Origin: Dehalococcoidia bacterium
GTDB taxonomy: Bacteria; Chloroflexota; Dehalococcoidia; Bin125
Length of the DNA: 64,000 bases
Direction: 5' to 3'
Assembly (NCBI GenBank): GCA_963555985.3
Contig: OY820591.1
Coordinates: 832,001 to 896,000 of the forward strand
Positions 11,152-20,322 of this stretch are shown here, one piece after another (within the stretch, counting starts at the first letter, position 1; each line of letters starts with the position of its first letter). The notes under the pieces were generated by a model, which did no database searches, was not told where the DNA came from, and saw only the letters and a program-made list of their open reading frames with translations. The translations under genes and the position numbers were made by a program.

Positions 11152-11961
11152 ATGCGCCGCGCCGCCGCCACCGTTGTCGAAACCGCGGAAATCTACCCCG
11201 GCACCTTCGTCACCTGGTACGACGCTCCGGCGCTGTCTCAACATGCTCGTCCGGGGCAGTTCGTGATGGTGGATCCGGGCTATGAGTTGGGATCGGTGGA
11301 TCCGCTGCTGCCGCGCGCGTTCTCGTACTATCGCTTTCGCTCGGTTGGGGGCCGCGAGGGAGAGCGGCAGTTTGCGTTGCTGTACACGGTGATCGGGCGG
11401 GTGACTGAGGCGATGGCGGCGCAGCAGCCCGGGGAGCGAGTGTGGATGACAGGGCCGCTCGGGCGCGGCTTCGAGGTGCGGCGAACGGCTGCGAATCTCT
11501 TGCTGATTGGCGGCGGGGTGGGGATCGCGCCGCTGGTCGCGCTAGCCGACTCCGAGCTGGAGCGCAGCGGCGGCCGCCGGCGCTCGATCGTGCTCTGTTT
11601 CGGAGCGCGGACAGCGGAGGGCGTCTATCCCGCCGATCTGTTGCCGCCGGAAGTCGAGTACGAGGTGGCGACGGAGGACGGCTCGCTGGGGCACGAGGGC
11701 TTCGTGACCGATCTGTTCGCACAGCATCTGAGCTGGGCGGACCAGAGCTTCGCTTGCGGGCCGGTGCCGATGTTCCGGGCGATGTCGCCGATCGTGCGGG
11801 CGGACGGGATGCGGCGTCCGGTGCAGATTTTGATGGAGACGGAGATGGCCTGCGGCACGGGCATCTGCTACGGCTGCGCGGTGTTCACGAAGCGGGGGGT
11901 GAAGTTGTGCTGTACGGACGGGCCTCGGTTCGAGCTGCTGGACGTGTATCCGCATGGCTAG
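11152..11961 (+). CDS. pyrK: Dihydroorotate dehydrogenase electron-transfer subunit
   Basis: PGQFVMV, GPLGRGF, GGGVGIAP, CGP, MACGTGICYGC...CTDGPRF 2Fe-2S motif. Confidence 0.9.
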   Translation: MRRAAATVVETAEIYPGTFVTWYDAPALSQHARPGQFVMVDPGYELGSVDPLLPRAFSYYRFRSVGGREGERQFALLYTVIGRVTEAMAAQQPGERVWMTGPLGRGFEVRRTAANLLLIGGGVGIAPLVALADSELERSGGRRRSIVLCFGARTAEGVYPADLLPPEVEYEVATEDGSLGHEGFVTDLFAQHLSWADQSFACGPVPMFRAMSPIVRADGMRRPVQILMETEMACGTGICYGCAVFTKRGVKLCCTDGPRFELLDVYPHG

Positions 11962-11970
11962 CCTTCACCA

Positions 11971-14247
11971 ATGCACAAATTCGCGTTGGCTGTCGCCGCC
12001 ACGCTCGCCCTGCTCGTCGCGCTCACTGTCGCGTCGTCGGCAGAGGAACCGGTACCTGATGCGCACACTGTCACGCTACAGCCGGGCGACAACTACGTGG
12101 GCTGGGTGGGCGACGCGATCTCGGTGGAGGACATCTTCGCGGCGATTCCCGAGGCGGCGCTGATCTATACATGGGACGCCGACTCGCGGTTCTGGCGATA
12201 TGCGATTCGGGGCGTTGGCGGACCGCTTGAGACGCTGGAGCCGGGTATGGCCGCGATGGTTCGCGTCGTCGGCGACGAACCGGTTGAGTGGACTCGGCCG
12301 TTGACGCCCGCGAAAGGATCGGTGGCGCTGAATACGGGCGTGAACTGGGTGACCTGGCTGGGGCGCGAGGGTTGGCCGCTCGATCAGCTTGTGCGCGGGA
12401 TCGGCAAGTCGTTGGTCAGCATTCAGCTGGGCGACGCCATCTACGCGGTGCCGATTGATGCGCCTGATACGGAACTGCCCGCCGTCCGGCGTGGCGACGC
12501 GCTGAAGGTGACGGTCAGCCGCGATCTGCGCTGGTTGCAGCCGACGGGGATCATGCCGAGGATCGTCTGGGTGGGGGAGTATCCTCAATCGCTCCAAAGC
12601 GAGTTGACCGCCGAGATTCGCGAGATCGTGGATTACTTCGCCGAGACGCACGGCGTGGAAACTGACTTCTCGGATACCACAATCTTACTCTGGCACACCA
12701 TCGAAGATGTCGTGGCGTATCAAGACTCAAGCCCGCAGTACCCATTTCACTTAGGTGGTGAGGCGCTCCGTTTGTCTCTTACAGACGGCCCCGGCGGCGG
12801 TACTGCTTGGGGAGCGTTCCTCACATCTGATTGGTGGCAGCTGAACCCTTCACGGTCAAGATTCAAAACTCTACTCACCCATGAGTGGTTCCATTACTTA
12901 CAGATTCAGTACACGGACTTCTGGGCGACAGCTGGCAAGCCGCCCGAGTGGATACTCGAAGGTACTGCGGTCTGGTCCGGCGACGAGGGAATTCGCATTG
13001 CTGATGACCTCGAGACATTTGAAGAGACGCGTCGTGAACACTTGGACAGCGCTAAAGTCACCTCCGCAACGTTGCGTAGCGCTGAGGAACGCAATACTCC
13101 GTGGCAGTATGTACTCGGCTTACTGGCGGTCGATCTGCTGGTAGAGCGCAATGGCGCCGACTCGATGGTCGAGTATTTCCGCCAACAGCATCCGCAGGCC
13201 GTTGGAGCGGATCGCCGATGGCAGTCCAGACCGGAATTGGCGGAGGCGTTCCTGGCTGCGTTTGGTCTGGAACCGGACGCATTCTACACAGAGTTCGAAG
13301 AATGGCGTGAAGCTCTCCCTGGTCGTCGGATACGCGACTCAGGCGAGCCCAAACTACGTGGTCGCCTCCTCAACGCCAGCGGTGAGTCGGCGGCGGGCTT
13401 CTGGATCAACGCGGCGCCATACGAAGGCGAACACAAAGCCGGTCGTATCCGCCGCAGCGAGGTCATGGAAGACGGCTCGTTCGTCGTCGACCTCAAGCCT
13501 AACACGACGCAGCGGATCTGGATCACGCGCGACGGCTGCGAGCTCTGGGTCACTGATGAGGGTCTAACGACCCAACGGCCAGAGCCTGGACAGTACCGCG
13601 ACCTGGACACCGATCGCTTGCCGACGCTGGAGCTTGAGTTGCCCGAGGACGCCTGCCGCTGGCAGTTGCGGATGCGCGTGTTGGGTCTGCGTGGGGACAC
13701 ACGCCCCATCGATGTTGTCGTGCAGGGTGAATCTTCCTACGACTGGGCGAAGCGGCACTGGGACGGTGGTTTCGTGTGGTTTGCTCCCGCCGCCGGCGAA
13801 TATCAGGTTGGGATTAAAGTCGACGGCTGCGAGCTCTGGTATCGCTCAGGCCGCTTGTTCCCCGCAAAGGACGATGCGGCCTGGCTCCAACTGGCGGGCG
13901 ATCCTGTTGAACTTGAGGTTCGCGTCCCGCACGATCTGTGCGTGCGCACGTTGACTGGACGACTCATTGACGAAGAAGGTTCGCCGCTTGGCGACGTTTG
14001 GATATCTGCCGAGGGGCAAGGGACCGCCAGCCTCTCATACACCGACTCGAATGGCCAATTCACAATCACCGTGCCCGAGAGCGGCGATTACGGGCTGTAC
14101 TTCTGGCAAGATGACTGCTTTGTCGCCTACCGCCAGCCGGAGGCGACCGGCGACTGGGCCCGAGCGGAGCGGATCGACGTCAGCGGCGAAGATGTGACCG
14201 GCATCGAGTTCAGAGTCCCAAACCGCCTATTCGAATCCTGCCGCTGA
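11971..14247 (+). CDS. Secreted multidomain protein with gluzincin-like HEXXH metallopeptidase core and carboxypeptidase-regulatory-like C-terminal repeats
   Basis: Signal peptide; THEWFH...PEWILEGTA; GRLLNASGE and GRLIDEEGSPL...TDSNGQFTITVP beta-sandwich motifs. Confidence 0.65.
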   Translation: MHKFALAVAATLALLVALTVASSAEEPVPDAHTVTLQPGDNYVGWVGDAISVEDIFAAIPEAALIYTWDADSRFWRYAIRGVGGPLETLEPGMAAMVRVVGDEPVEWTRPLTPAKGSVALNTGVNWVTWLGREGWPLDQLVRGIGKSLVSIQLGDAIYAVPIDAPDTELPAVRRGDALKVTVSRDLRWLQPTGIMPRIVWVGEYPQSLQSELTAEIREIVDYFAETHGVETDFSDTTILLWHTIEDVVAYQDSSPQYPFHLGGEALRLSLTDGPGGGTAWGAFLTSDWWQLNPSRSRFKTLLTHEWFHYLQIQYTDFWATAGKPPEWILEGTAVWSGDEGIRIADDLETFEETRREHLDSAKVTSATLRSAEERNTPWQYVLGLLAVDLLVERNGADSMVEYFRQQHPQAVGADRRWQSRPELAEAFLAAFGLEPDAFYTEFEEWREALPGRRIRDSGEPKLRGRLLNASGESAAGFWINAAPYEGEHKAGRIRRSEVMEDGSFVVDLKPNTTQRIWITRDGCELWVTDEGLTTQRPEPGQYRDLDTDRLPTLELELPEDACRWQLRMRVLGLRGDTRPIDVVVQGESSYDWAKRHWDGGFVWFAPAAGEYQVGIKVDGCELWYRSGRLFPAKDDAAWLQLAGDPVELEVRVPHDLCVRTLTGRLIDEEGSPLGDVWISAEGQGTASLSYTDSNGQFTITVPESGDYGLYFWQDDCFVAYRQPEATGDWARAERIDVSGEDVTGIEFRVPNRLFESCR

Positions 14248-14300
14248 CCCGTTGCTACCCTGCCTGCGACTGAGTTGGATACTTGAGTTCGGGGGTTGTC

Positions 14301-15146
14301 ATGGCTGGTGCAGGTCGGTTGGTGTTGGATGGGTTGGTGTTTCCCGAGGGGCCTCGGTGGTTTGAGGGGCGGTTGTGGTTCTCGGACATGCATGCGCATG
14401 AGGTAGTGGCGGTGACTCCTGAGGGGAAGCGGGAGACGATTGTGAGGGTTCGGAATCAGCCCTCCGGTCTGGGCTTTCTCCCCGACGGGCGGTTGCTGGT
14501 GGTCTCGATGACCGATCGCAAGCTGCTTCGGCTCGACCCGGACGGCCTCTACGAAGTCGCCGATATCAGCGAGTACGCTCCCTATCACTGCAACGACATG
14601 GTGGTCGACGCCGACGGCAACGCATACATCGGCAACTTTGGGTTTGATATCACGGACGGGTCGCCGCCGCGGGCGACGACGATGGTGCAGGTGGATACGG
14701 ACGGCAACGCACGGGTGGTTGCAGACGGGTTGCAGTTTCCCAACGGGACGGTGATCACGCCGGACGGCAAAACCCTGATCGTTGGCGAGAGTTGGGGACA
14801 ACGGCTGACGGCGTTCGATGTCGAGGACGATGGCTCGCTTTCCAATCAGCGGGTCTGGGCAGACCTCGGTTTCCCGCCGGACGGGATTTGTCTTGATGCA
14901 GAGGGCGCGATCTGGGTCGCCGTGCCGACCAACCCGGGCGCGCTGGCGCGCGTCGCCGAGGGCGGCGAAGTGCTGGAGCGGATTGAGGTGTCGGATATGG
15001 GCGTGTACGCCTGCATGTTGGGCGGGGAGGGCCGGAAGACGCTGTTCTCGCTGGAGGCGCCGACCAGCAATCCACAGCCTGGGGATGCTCGGCGGGGTCG
15101 GATTCGGGCGTTTGAGGTGGAGGTGGGCGGAGCGGGTTTGCCGTAG
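14301..15146 (+). CDS. SMP-30/gluconolactonase family protein
   Basis: FPEGPRW, CNDMVVD, FPNG.VITPDG, PDGICLDAEG. Confidence 0.9.
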   Translation: MAGAGRLVLDGLVFPEGPRWFEGRLWFSDMHAHEVVAVTPEGKRETIVRVRNQPSGLGFLPDGRLLVVSMTDRKLLRLDPDGLYEVADISEYAPYHCNDMVVDADGNAYIGNFGFDITDGSPPRATTMVQVDTDGNARVVADGLQFPNGTVITPDGKTLIVGESWGQRLTAFDVEDDGSLSNQRVWADLGFPPDGICLDAEGAIWVAVPTNPGALARVAEGGEVLERIEVSDMGVYACMLGGEGRKTLFSLEAPTSNPQPGDARRGRIRAFEVEVGGAGLP

Positions 15147-15169
15147 GGATGGGGTGTTTGTGTCGAGTC

Positions 15170-15220
15170 GGACCCCCCTCTGTCACTGCGTGACATCTCC
15201 CCCCGCAGTGCGGGGGGAGC
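15170..15220. repeat. REP-like palindrome, family B
   Basis: CCCCTCTGTCACTGCGTGACATCTCCCCCGCAGTGCGGGGGGAG; near-identical copy at about 20071-20121. Confidence 0.75.
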
Positions 15221-15255
15221 GGGGATTGGGGTTTCGGGATGGCTCCCCGCGTGGT

Positions 15256-15837
15256 GTGGTGGGAGAGAAGGGAGCGTTGCGAAGGGAGCTTTGGCGCGGG
15301 CGGGCGGCGACGCCTCATGAGTTGGCGGCTGGTTGGTCGGCTGCGGTTGGTGCTCGGGTGGCGGCGCTGGAGGTCTGGCGTGCGGCGGGAGCGGTGCATC
15401 TGTTTGTGGGGGCATTGCCGGGAGAGGTGCGGACGATTGGGTTGCTGCGACGGGCGTTGTCGTCGGGGAAAACGGTGATCTGTCCGCGTGTGCTGGGGCG
15501 GGGGCGTCTGGAGCATCGGCGGGTGACCGGTTTGTCGCAGTTGACTCGCTCGCGACAGGGGCTGCTTGAGCCGGATGCGGAGTTGACGGAGTTGGCCGAT
15601 GCATCTGAGGCGGAGCTGATCCTGGTTCCCGGTCTTGGGTTTGATGCGCGGGGAGCGCGGCTGGGTTTGGGCGGCGGGTATTACGACCGCTTCCTGGCTG
15701 AGGTCGAGGGTACACAGTTGGGACTGGCGTTCGAGTGGCAATTGTTAAGCGAAGTACCAATGTCGGGGCATGATCAGCGGGTGGATGGCATAGTGACGGA
15801 GTTGCGCGTTATCCAGATTGCACGCGCGGAGGAGTGA
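15256..15837 (+). CDS. 5-formyltetrahydrofolate cyclo-ligase
   Basis: ILVPGLGFDARGARLGLGGGYYDRFL, HDQRVDGIVTE; start approximate. Confidence 0.88.
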   Translation: MVGEKGALRRELWRGRAATPHELAAGWSAAVGARVAALEVWRAAGAVHLFVGALPGEVRTIGLLRRALSSGKTVICPRVLGRGRLEHRRVTGLSQLTRSRQGLLEPDAELTELADASEAELILVPGLGFDARGARLGLGGGYYDRFLAEVEGTQLGLAFEWQLLSEVPMSGHDQRVDGIVTELRVIQIARAEE

Positions 15838-15841
15838 ACCG

Positions 15842-16303
15842 ATGAGCCATGAAGTTCGGATTGTCCAGTTGCCGGCGCGGCGGGTTGCTGCGCTGCGGGC
15901 GAATGCGTCCAGCGCGGAGTTGGGGGAGAAGTTCGCGGAGTTGTTCCCGGCGGTGTTCGGACACCTGACGGAGCAGGGCGTGAGCGAGTTCGGGGCGGTG
16001 TGCGCGGTCTATCACACGATGGATGCGGAGCAGATGGAGTTGTCGGCGGGGATTGAGATTGGTCCGGAGGTAGAGCCGGCGTCGCCGCTGGAGGTGGTGG
16101 AGCTGGAGGCGGGCGAGGCGGCGCAGGTGGATCACTTTGGGCCGTATGACCAGCTGTATCAGGCGCATGAGGCGGTGATGCCGTTTCTGACGGCTCAGGG
16201 GCGTTCGCCGGCGCGGGGGCCGATTGAGCGCTACATCACGGATCCGGAGGCGGAGCCGGATGCGTCGAAGTGGTTGACCGAGGTGATTTGGCCGCTTGAT
16301 TAG
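15842..16303 (+). CDS. GyrI-like small-molecule-binding domain protein
   Basis: HFGPYDQL..AH, IERYITDP, TEVIWP. Confidence 0.82.
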   Translation: MSHEVRIVQLPARRVAALRANASSAELGEKFAELFPAVFGHLTEQGVSEFGAVCAVYHTMDAEQMELSAGIEIGPEVEPASPLEVVELEAGEAAQVDHFGPYDQLYQAHEAVMPFLTAQGRSPARGPIERYITDPEAEPDASKWLTEVIWPLD

Positions 16304-16308
16304 CGCTC

Positions 16309-16524
16309 CTAGGCGGACATTGGGTTGAACGGCTGGCCGCGCGAGAGTCGTTCGAGGGCTTCGGCGGCGGCCTGGATCACCTCAGCGGCGGCGCGGCCGC
16401 GGGCGGCGATGCGCTTGCCCGTGGTCTCGGTCAGTGTGAGGCCGTTGCGGTCGATGCCGCAGGCGTCAAGCAGGGCTTGGCGCTCGGCGCTGTTGCGGGG
16501 GAGGAGTTCGTGCCGGTCGGACAT
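16309..16524 (-). CDS. Small hypothetical protein
   Basis: ATG at 16524 with upstream GGAG; 71 aa; no recognised motif. Confidence 0.5.
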   Translation of the reverse strand: MSDRHELLPRNSAERQALLDACGIDRNGLTLTETTGKRIAARGRAAAEVIQAAAEALERLSRGQPFNPMSA

Positions 16525-16611
16525 TTGGCGCTCCGATTTGGTCGGTTGGGTGTTGCCTTTCATAGGTAGTAACGCTTGGGGCGGGTGGAAGGTTCCGGTT
16601 GTGGTGTTTTC

Positions 16612-16822
16612 ACTCCCTCTGCCCCATTGGGGCATCTCCCCCCTTGAGGAGAGTTGCGCGTAAATCACATTCCCGTTGCTCTCGTCATTCCAGCGAACGC
16701 TGGAATCTCGCTCCGACCAGATAGCCCGCAATTCCGGACGAGATTCCAGGTCAAGCCTGGACTGACGGAATCCGGGATTACGCGCAGGTCTCCTTGAGGG
16801 GGAGATCGGTCAAGGGGAGGGG
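16612..16822. repeat. Nested composite of REP-like palindromes (family B inverted pair enclosing a family A inverted pair)
   Basis: ATCTCCCCCTTGAGGAGA ... GTCATTCCAGCGAACGCTGGAATCTCG ... CGAGATTCCAGGTCAAGCCTGGACTGACGGA ... TCTCCTTGAGGGGGAGAT. Confidence 0.65.
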
Positions 16823-16832
16823 ATTGGAGTGC

Positions 16833-16907
16833 TGGAGCGGGGGACGGGATTCGAACCCGCGGCCTCCTGCTTGGAAGGCAGGAGCTCTACCACTGAGCTA
16901 CCCCCGC
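16833..16907 (-). tRNA. tRNA-Gly (anticodon TCC)
   Basis: Reverse complement GCGGGGGTAGCTCAGTGGTAGAGC-TCCTGC-CTTCCAA-GCAGGAG...GGTTCGAATCCC...CCCCGCTCCA: cloverleaf, TTCG loop, encoded CCA. Confidence 0.96.
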
Positions 16908-16945
16908 GCGGGGTTGTAGGTTAGCGCGGCTGTGTCTTGGGGCTG

Positions 16946-18541
16946 TTAGTCGCGGAACTCGTTGAGGCGGTCGGAGGCCTGGTCGTTGCGGAGTTTGCGG
17001 ATGGCGTTGGCCTGGATTTGGCGGATGCGCTCGCGGGTGAGGTTCAGCGCTTCGCCGACCTCCTGCAAGCTCTTGGAGCCTTCGCCGTCGAAGCCGAAGC
17101 GCTTGTGGATGACCTCGCGCTCGCGTGGATCGAGGTGCTGGTCGAGCACCTGGCGCAGGACTTCGGTGGCGGCGGCGCGTTCGAGCTCTTCGTGCGGAGC
17201 CGGGGTCTGCTCGTCGGCGATGAAGTCTTCGAGCGAGCTGCCTTCGTCGTTCAAGATGCTCTTGTCGAGCGAAGTGGGGGTAAGCGCGGCGGCGCGCAGC
17301 AAGGCGATCCGGCTCTCGTCCAGATCGAGCAGTTGCGCCAGTTCAGCGGTGCTGGGTCGGCGTTCCCGCTCTTCGAGGAAGCGTTGCTCGGCGCGGATCA
17401 GCTTGTGCAGCTGTTCGGCGGTGTGTACGGGAGTGCGGATCACGTTGGCGGTGTCGGCGATCGAGCGGGTGACGGCCTGCCGGATCCACCAGGTGGCGTA
17501 GGTGGAGAACTTGTTGCCGCGGCGGTAGTCGAACTTTTCGACGGCGCGCACGAGTCCGGTGTTGCCCTCCTGGATCAGGTCGAGCATGGTGAGGCCGTCG
17601 CTGCGGTATTTCTTGGCGACGGCGACGACCAGACGCAGGTTGGCGGTGAGCATCCGATGCTCGGCTGCGTGTCCGGTCTGTTCGATCTGGCGCAGCCGCC
17701 GGGTGATGCGACGCAGCAGCGCCTCGTCCCGGGTGAGCCGAGTTGCGAACGCAGCGGGATCGACGTCCTGCTCCTGTTCGAGCTCGCCAAGCAGGGCCAG
17801 GGAGACGCAGAGCGGGCGCGGCTCGACGATTGCGGTGACGACGGAGAGACCGATCAGCGCGGCTTCGGCCTCGTCCGGAGAGAGCTCGAAGGTCTCGGCG
17901 GCTCGCTGCGTGCGCTGCGGATCGATCTTGCCGTCGATTGCGGCGCGGAGCTGGTCGTCGCCCAGGAGCTCAAGCAGGGAGCGTTCGGGGAAGTGATCGC
18001 CGATTTCGCCGGCCAGCCAGCGCAGCAGCGGTTCGAGCGCGCGGAATTGCAGGATCAGGTGGGCCCAGAGCAGGACGAGCGTCTGACCCGAGTTGTCGCC
18101 GCCGCCGGGCAGGCCGAGCTCGTCGCGGAGGCCGTGGAGCCAGCGGGCGCGCTCGATCTGCGCGCCCAGTTCCTGCTCGTCCTGTCGTTCGAGCAGGCTG
18201 AACTGGCTGATCCAGGCGAAGTACTGGCGGACGGGGTCGTCGCTGTCGTCGACCCGCTCGCGGGCGCGGCGCTTGGGAGCGGGCTGGAGGGCAGGCTTGG
18301 GCTTGGCGCCGACTAGCTGCGCCAACACCGGGTCGTCGGTGGGGTCGAACTGGAAGTCCCAGCTCGGGGCGAGGATGCCGTCGCGCCGGAGGTCGGCGGG
18401 GCGCTCGCTGCCGGCGACGCGGCGGCGGTGTTCGGCGGCGACGAGGCGGCCGGGGGAGCGCACCTTGTCGATGTCGCTGAAGGGCGTGTGCGGGATCGTA
18501 GCGCTCTCGGTGGTGCGCTGATCGCGGGTCGAATTGGTCAT
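16946..18541 (-). CDS. RpoD/SigA-like sigma-70 factor (probably a non-primary paralogue)
   Basis: Region 1.2 [54 protein letters not shown], region 4 LTRERIRQI. Confidence 0.9.
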   Translation of the reverse strand: MTNSTRDQRTTESATIPHTPFSDIDKVRSPGRLVAAEHRRRVAGSERPADLRRDGILAPSWDFQFDPTDDPVLAQLVGAKPKPALQPAPKRRARERVDDSDDPVRQYFAWISQFSLLERQDEQELGAQIERARWLHGLRDELGLPGGGDNSGQTLVLLWAHLILQFRALEPLLRWLAGEIGDHFPERSLLELLGDDQLRAAIDGKIDPQRTQRAAETFELSPDEAEAALIGLSVVTAIVEPRPLCVSLALLGELEQEQDVDPAAFATRLTRDEALLRRITRRLRQIEQTGHAAEHRMLTANLRLVVAVAKKYRSDGLTMLDLIQEGNTGLVRAVEKFDYRRGNKFSTYATWWIRQAVTRSIADTANVIRTPVHTAEQLHKLIRAEQRFLEERERRPSTAELAQLLDLDESRIALLRAAALTPTSLDKSILNDEGSSLEDFIADEQTPAPHEELERAAATEVLRQVLDQHLDPREREVIHKRFGFDGEGSKSLQEVGEALNLTRERIRQIQANAIRKLRNDQASDRLNEFRD

Positions 18542-18824
18542 CTCCGGCCTCCTTTCGCAGGCGGAATCAGGGCCGCTTGGCGCATCTGGGGCGCGGCGGC
18601 TATGGACCCATGACAACCTTACGTTTTTGGGTAGGCAAATGTTCCCGGCGATGATGTGCGGAGGGTGGGATTGCACCTGCCTGTACAGAACTGTTGTCGC
18701 GTTTGCTACAAGATTTGTGTTCGCGGCTCGGAAGTGGGCACGGTAGGGACTGGACGGTCGCGGTTCGCGGCCTGACGGGGGCTGTGAGAAAAAAACGAGG
18801 GAGTCGCCGCTTGCGGTCGGGGGA

Positions 18825-19181
18825 TTACTGCGGCTCTTCCTCTTCCTCGAGGCTGTCGTCGTCGTCCGGCAGGGGCACGTCTTCGCCGCGCATGAGGGCG
18901 ACGGCGATGGCGTGCGGGTGCAGGTGGAGTTCTTTCTTCTGCTCAGGGGTGAGCGGAGCTTCGGGGAGTCTGGGGGAGTGGTTGGCTCGGGGTTTGGGCG
19001 CGGGTTCGGGATGGGGTTCGAGGTCGAGCGCGTGGTGGATCTCTCGGGTCTTGGAGTTGGAGGGGGAGAGTTCGCGGATGAGGAGGGCGAGCGCTTTGAT
19101 GCGGACGTGGCCGGCTTCGTTGGAGTGGGCGAGTTGGCCGACGCCGGTCATGCTGGACTGGTAGGTGTGGGGGAAGGGCAT
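18825..19181 (-). CDS. Hypothetical protein, Pro/His-rich with acidic tail
   Basis: ATG with upstream AAAGGA; coding-like C-rich third positions. Confidence 0.55.
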   Translation of the reverse strand: MPFPHTYQSSMTGVGQLAHSNEAGHVRIKALALLIRELSPSNSKTREIHHALDLEPHPEPAPKPRANHSPRLPEAPLTPEQKKELHLHPHAIAVALMRGEDVPLPDDDDSLEEEEEPQ

Positions 19182-19300
19182 GGCGGGGTGTTCCTTTCTT
19201 GGGAACCTGCGTTCTTAGACGATCGATCATATATGGATGGATGTTCGGGTGGGTAATTTGGGAGTGTGTTGTGGTTGTCGGTTTGGGGGTTGGGTGCTGG

Positions 19301-19340
19301 TCACGGCGAGATACCCGCGACGGAGCGCGGGTATGACGGA
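19301..19340. repeat. REP-like palindrome, family A
   Basis: TCACGGCGAGATACCCGCGACGGAGCGCGGGTATGACGGA; recurs near 59682 and 62237. Confidence 0.8.
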
Positions 19341-19408
19341 ACTGGATCAGGTACAGCGGAACCGGGTCAGGTATGAGGGCGCTCTTTGGTCGCTGATGTG
19401 AGCGGGGT

Positions 19409-20008
19409 TTAGTCGCCGGCGACTAGGGCGGGTTCGTTGGTGTGGGTGTCGGCGGTGGTTTGGGGTTGGTGGCGGACGTCTTCGGGGTTGAAGGCTCGGG
19501 TCCAGGCCGCGAATTCGAGCATGATGCCGTCGGGGTCGTAGAAGTAGACGGAGCGGACGAAGACGCCGGGGTGGTTTTCGCGGGCGATGCCTCTGGGGGA
19601 GTCGTCGTGGTTGATGATGGGGGTGCAGCGGACGCCTTTGGCGAGCAGGCGTTCGCGGCAGGCTTCGATTTCGTCGGCGTCGACATTGAAGGCGACGTGG
19701 TTCATGGAGGCGATGGCGGTGACGAGCTCGGCCGAGGGATCGAAGAAGGTGTTGGGGTCGGGCGAGGAGATGCCGGGGTGCGGTTCGGGCGCGTTGGGGA
19801 AGTTGAAGAAGGCAAGGCAGTCGCCGTTGCCGATGTCGAAGAAGAAGTGCTGGCCCATGCCGCCGGGGAGGTCGATGGTTTTGACCAGAGGAAAGCCCAT
19901 GACCTCGGTGTAGAACTCGACGGTTCGGGCCATGTCGCGGCAGACGAGGGCAAGGTGGTTGATGCCGGAGACGCGGAAGTCGCCGACGGTGGTTTTGTGG
20001 TTGGTCAT
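19409..20008 (-). CDS. VOC/glyoxalase family protein
   Basis: GINHLALVCRDMARTVEFY, MNHVAFNV, SVYFYDPDGIMLEF. Confidence 0.9.
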   Translation of the reverse strand: MTNHKTTVGDFRVSGINHLALVCRDMARTVEFYTEVMGFPLVKTIDLPGGMGQHFFFDIGNGDCLAFFNFPNAPEPHPGISSPDPNTFFDPSAELVTAIASMNHVAFNVDADEIEACRERLLAKGVRCTPIINHDDSPRGIARENHPGVFVRSVYFYDPDGIMLEFAAWTRAFNPEDVRHQPQTTADTHTNEPALVAGD

Positions 20009-20070
20009 GGCGGGATTCCTTTGCGGTGGGGTCTTGTGTTGATGATATCGCGGCTGTACCGAGGGTGACC

Positions 20071-20122
20071 GGACTCCCCTCTGTCGCTGCGCGACATCTC
20101 CCCCCGCAGCGCGGGGGGAGAA
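20071..20122. repeat. REP-like palindrome, family B
   Basis: CCCCTCTGTCGCTGCGCGACATCTCCCCCGCAGCGCGGGGGGAG. Confidence 0.75.
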
Positions 20123-20231
20123 GGGAAGAGGGGCAGGGCATCTCTGCTCGTGCGCGGGGAGGGAGTGGGTTGTGGGTATCAACTGCTTCGCGGGCGGTAT
20201 TCGTTTTCTTTATCGTGTTTGACAAGAGCTA

Positions 20232-20259
20232 TTGACGGTTGCAGAGTCGTGCATACCTT
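20232..20259 (+). promoter_or_regulatory. Putative sigma-70 promoter of aceBA
   Basis: TTGACG-16 nt-TACCTT in an AT-richer patch upstream of aceB. Confidence 0.4.
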
Positions 20260-20322
20260 AATCCAACGTTCACATTTCGCCGTTGCGCGGAGAGTCCGCG
20301 GGACGAGAAATCGAGGGCAGAG

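Noticed and set aside
9073-11244. Long antisense or alternative-frame ORFs (e.g. 9073-11244, 200-1507, 45501-47213, 40618-42255, 60246-61697)
   Set aside because: Shadow ORFs of well-supported genes in high-GC DNA, with no recognisable motifs.
15147-15255. 6S RNA upstream of the 5-formyl-THF cyclo-ligase
   Set aside because: The gap is only about 110 bp and is filled by a REP-like palindrome that recurs elsewhere.
14818-15255. N-terminal extensions of ORFs reading through REP elements (also 20009-20182 and 16525-16731)
   Set aside because: Artefacts of stop-free palindromic DNA; better starts exist downstream.
16833-16907. tRNA-Gly as attachment site of a prophage or island
   Set aside because: No integrase and no duplicated tRNA 3' end were found in the window.
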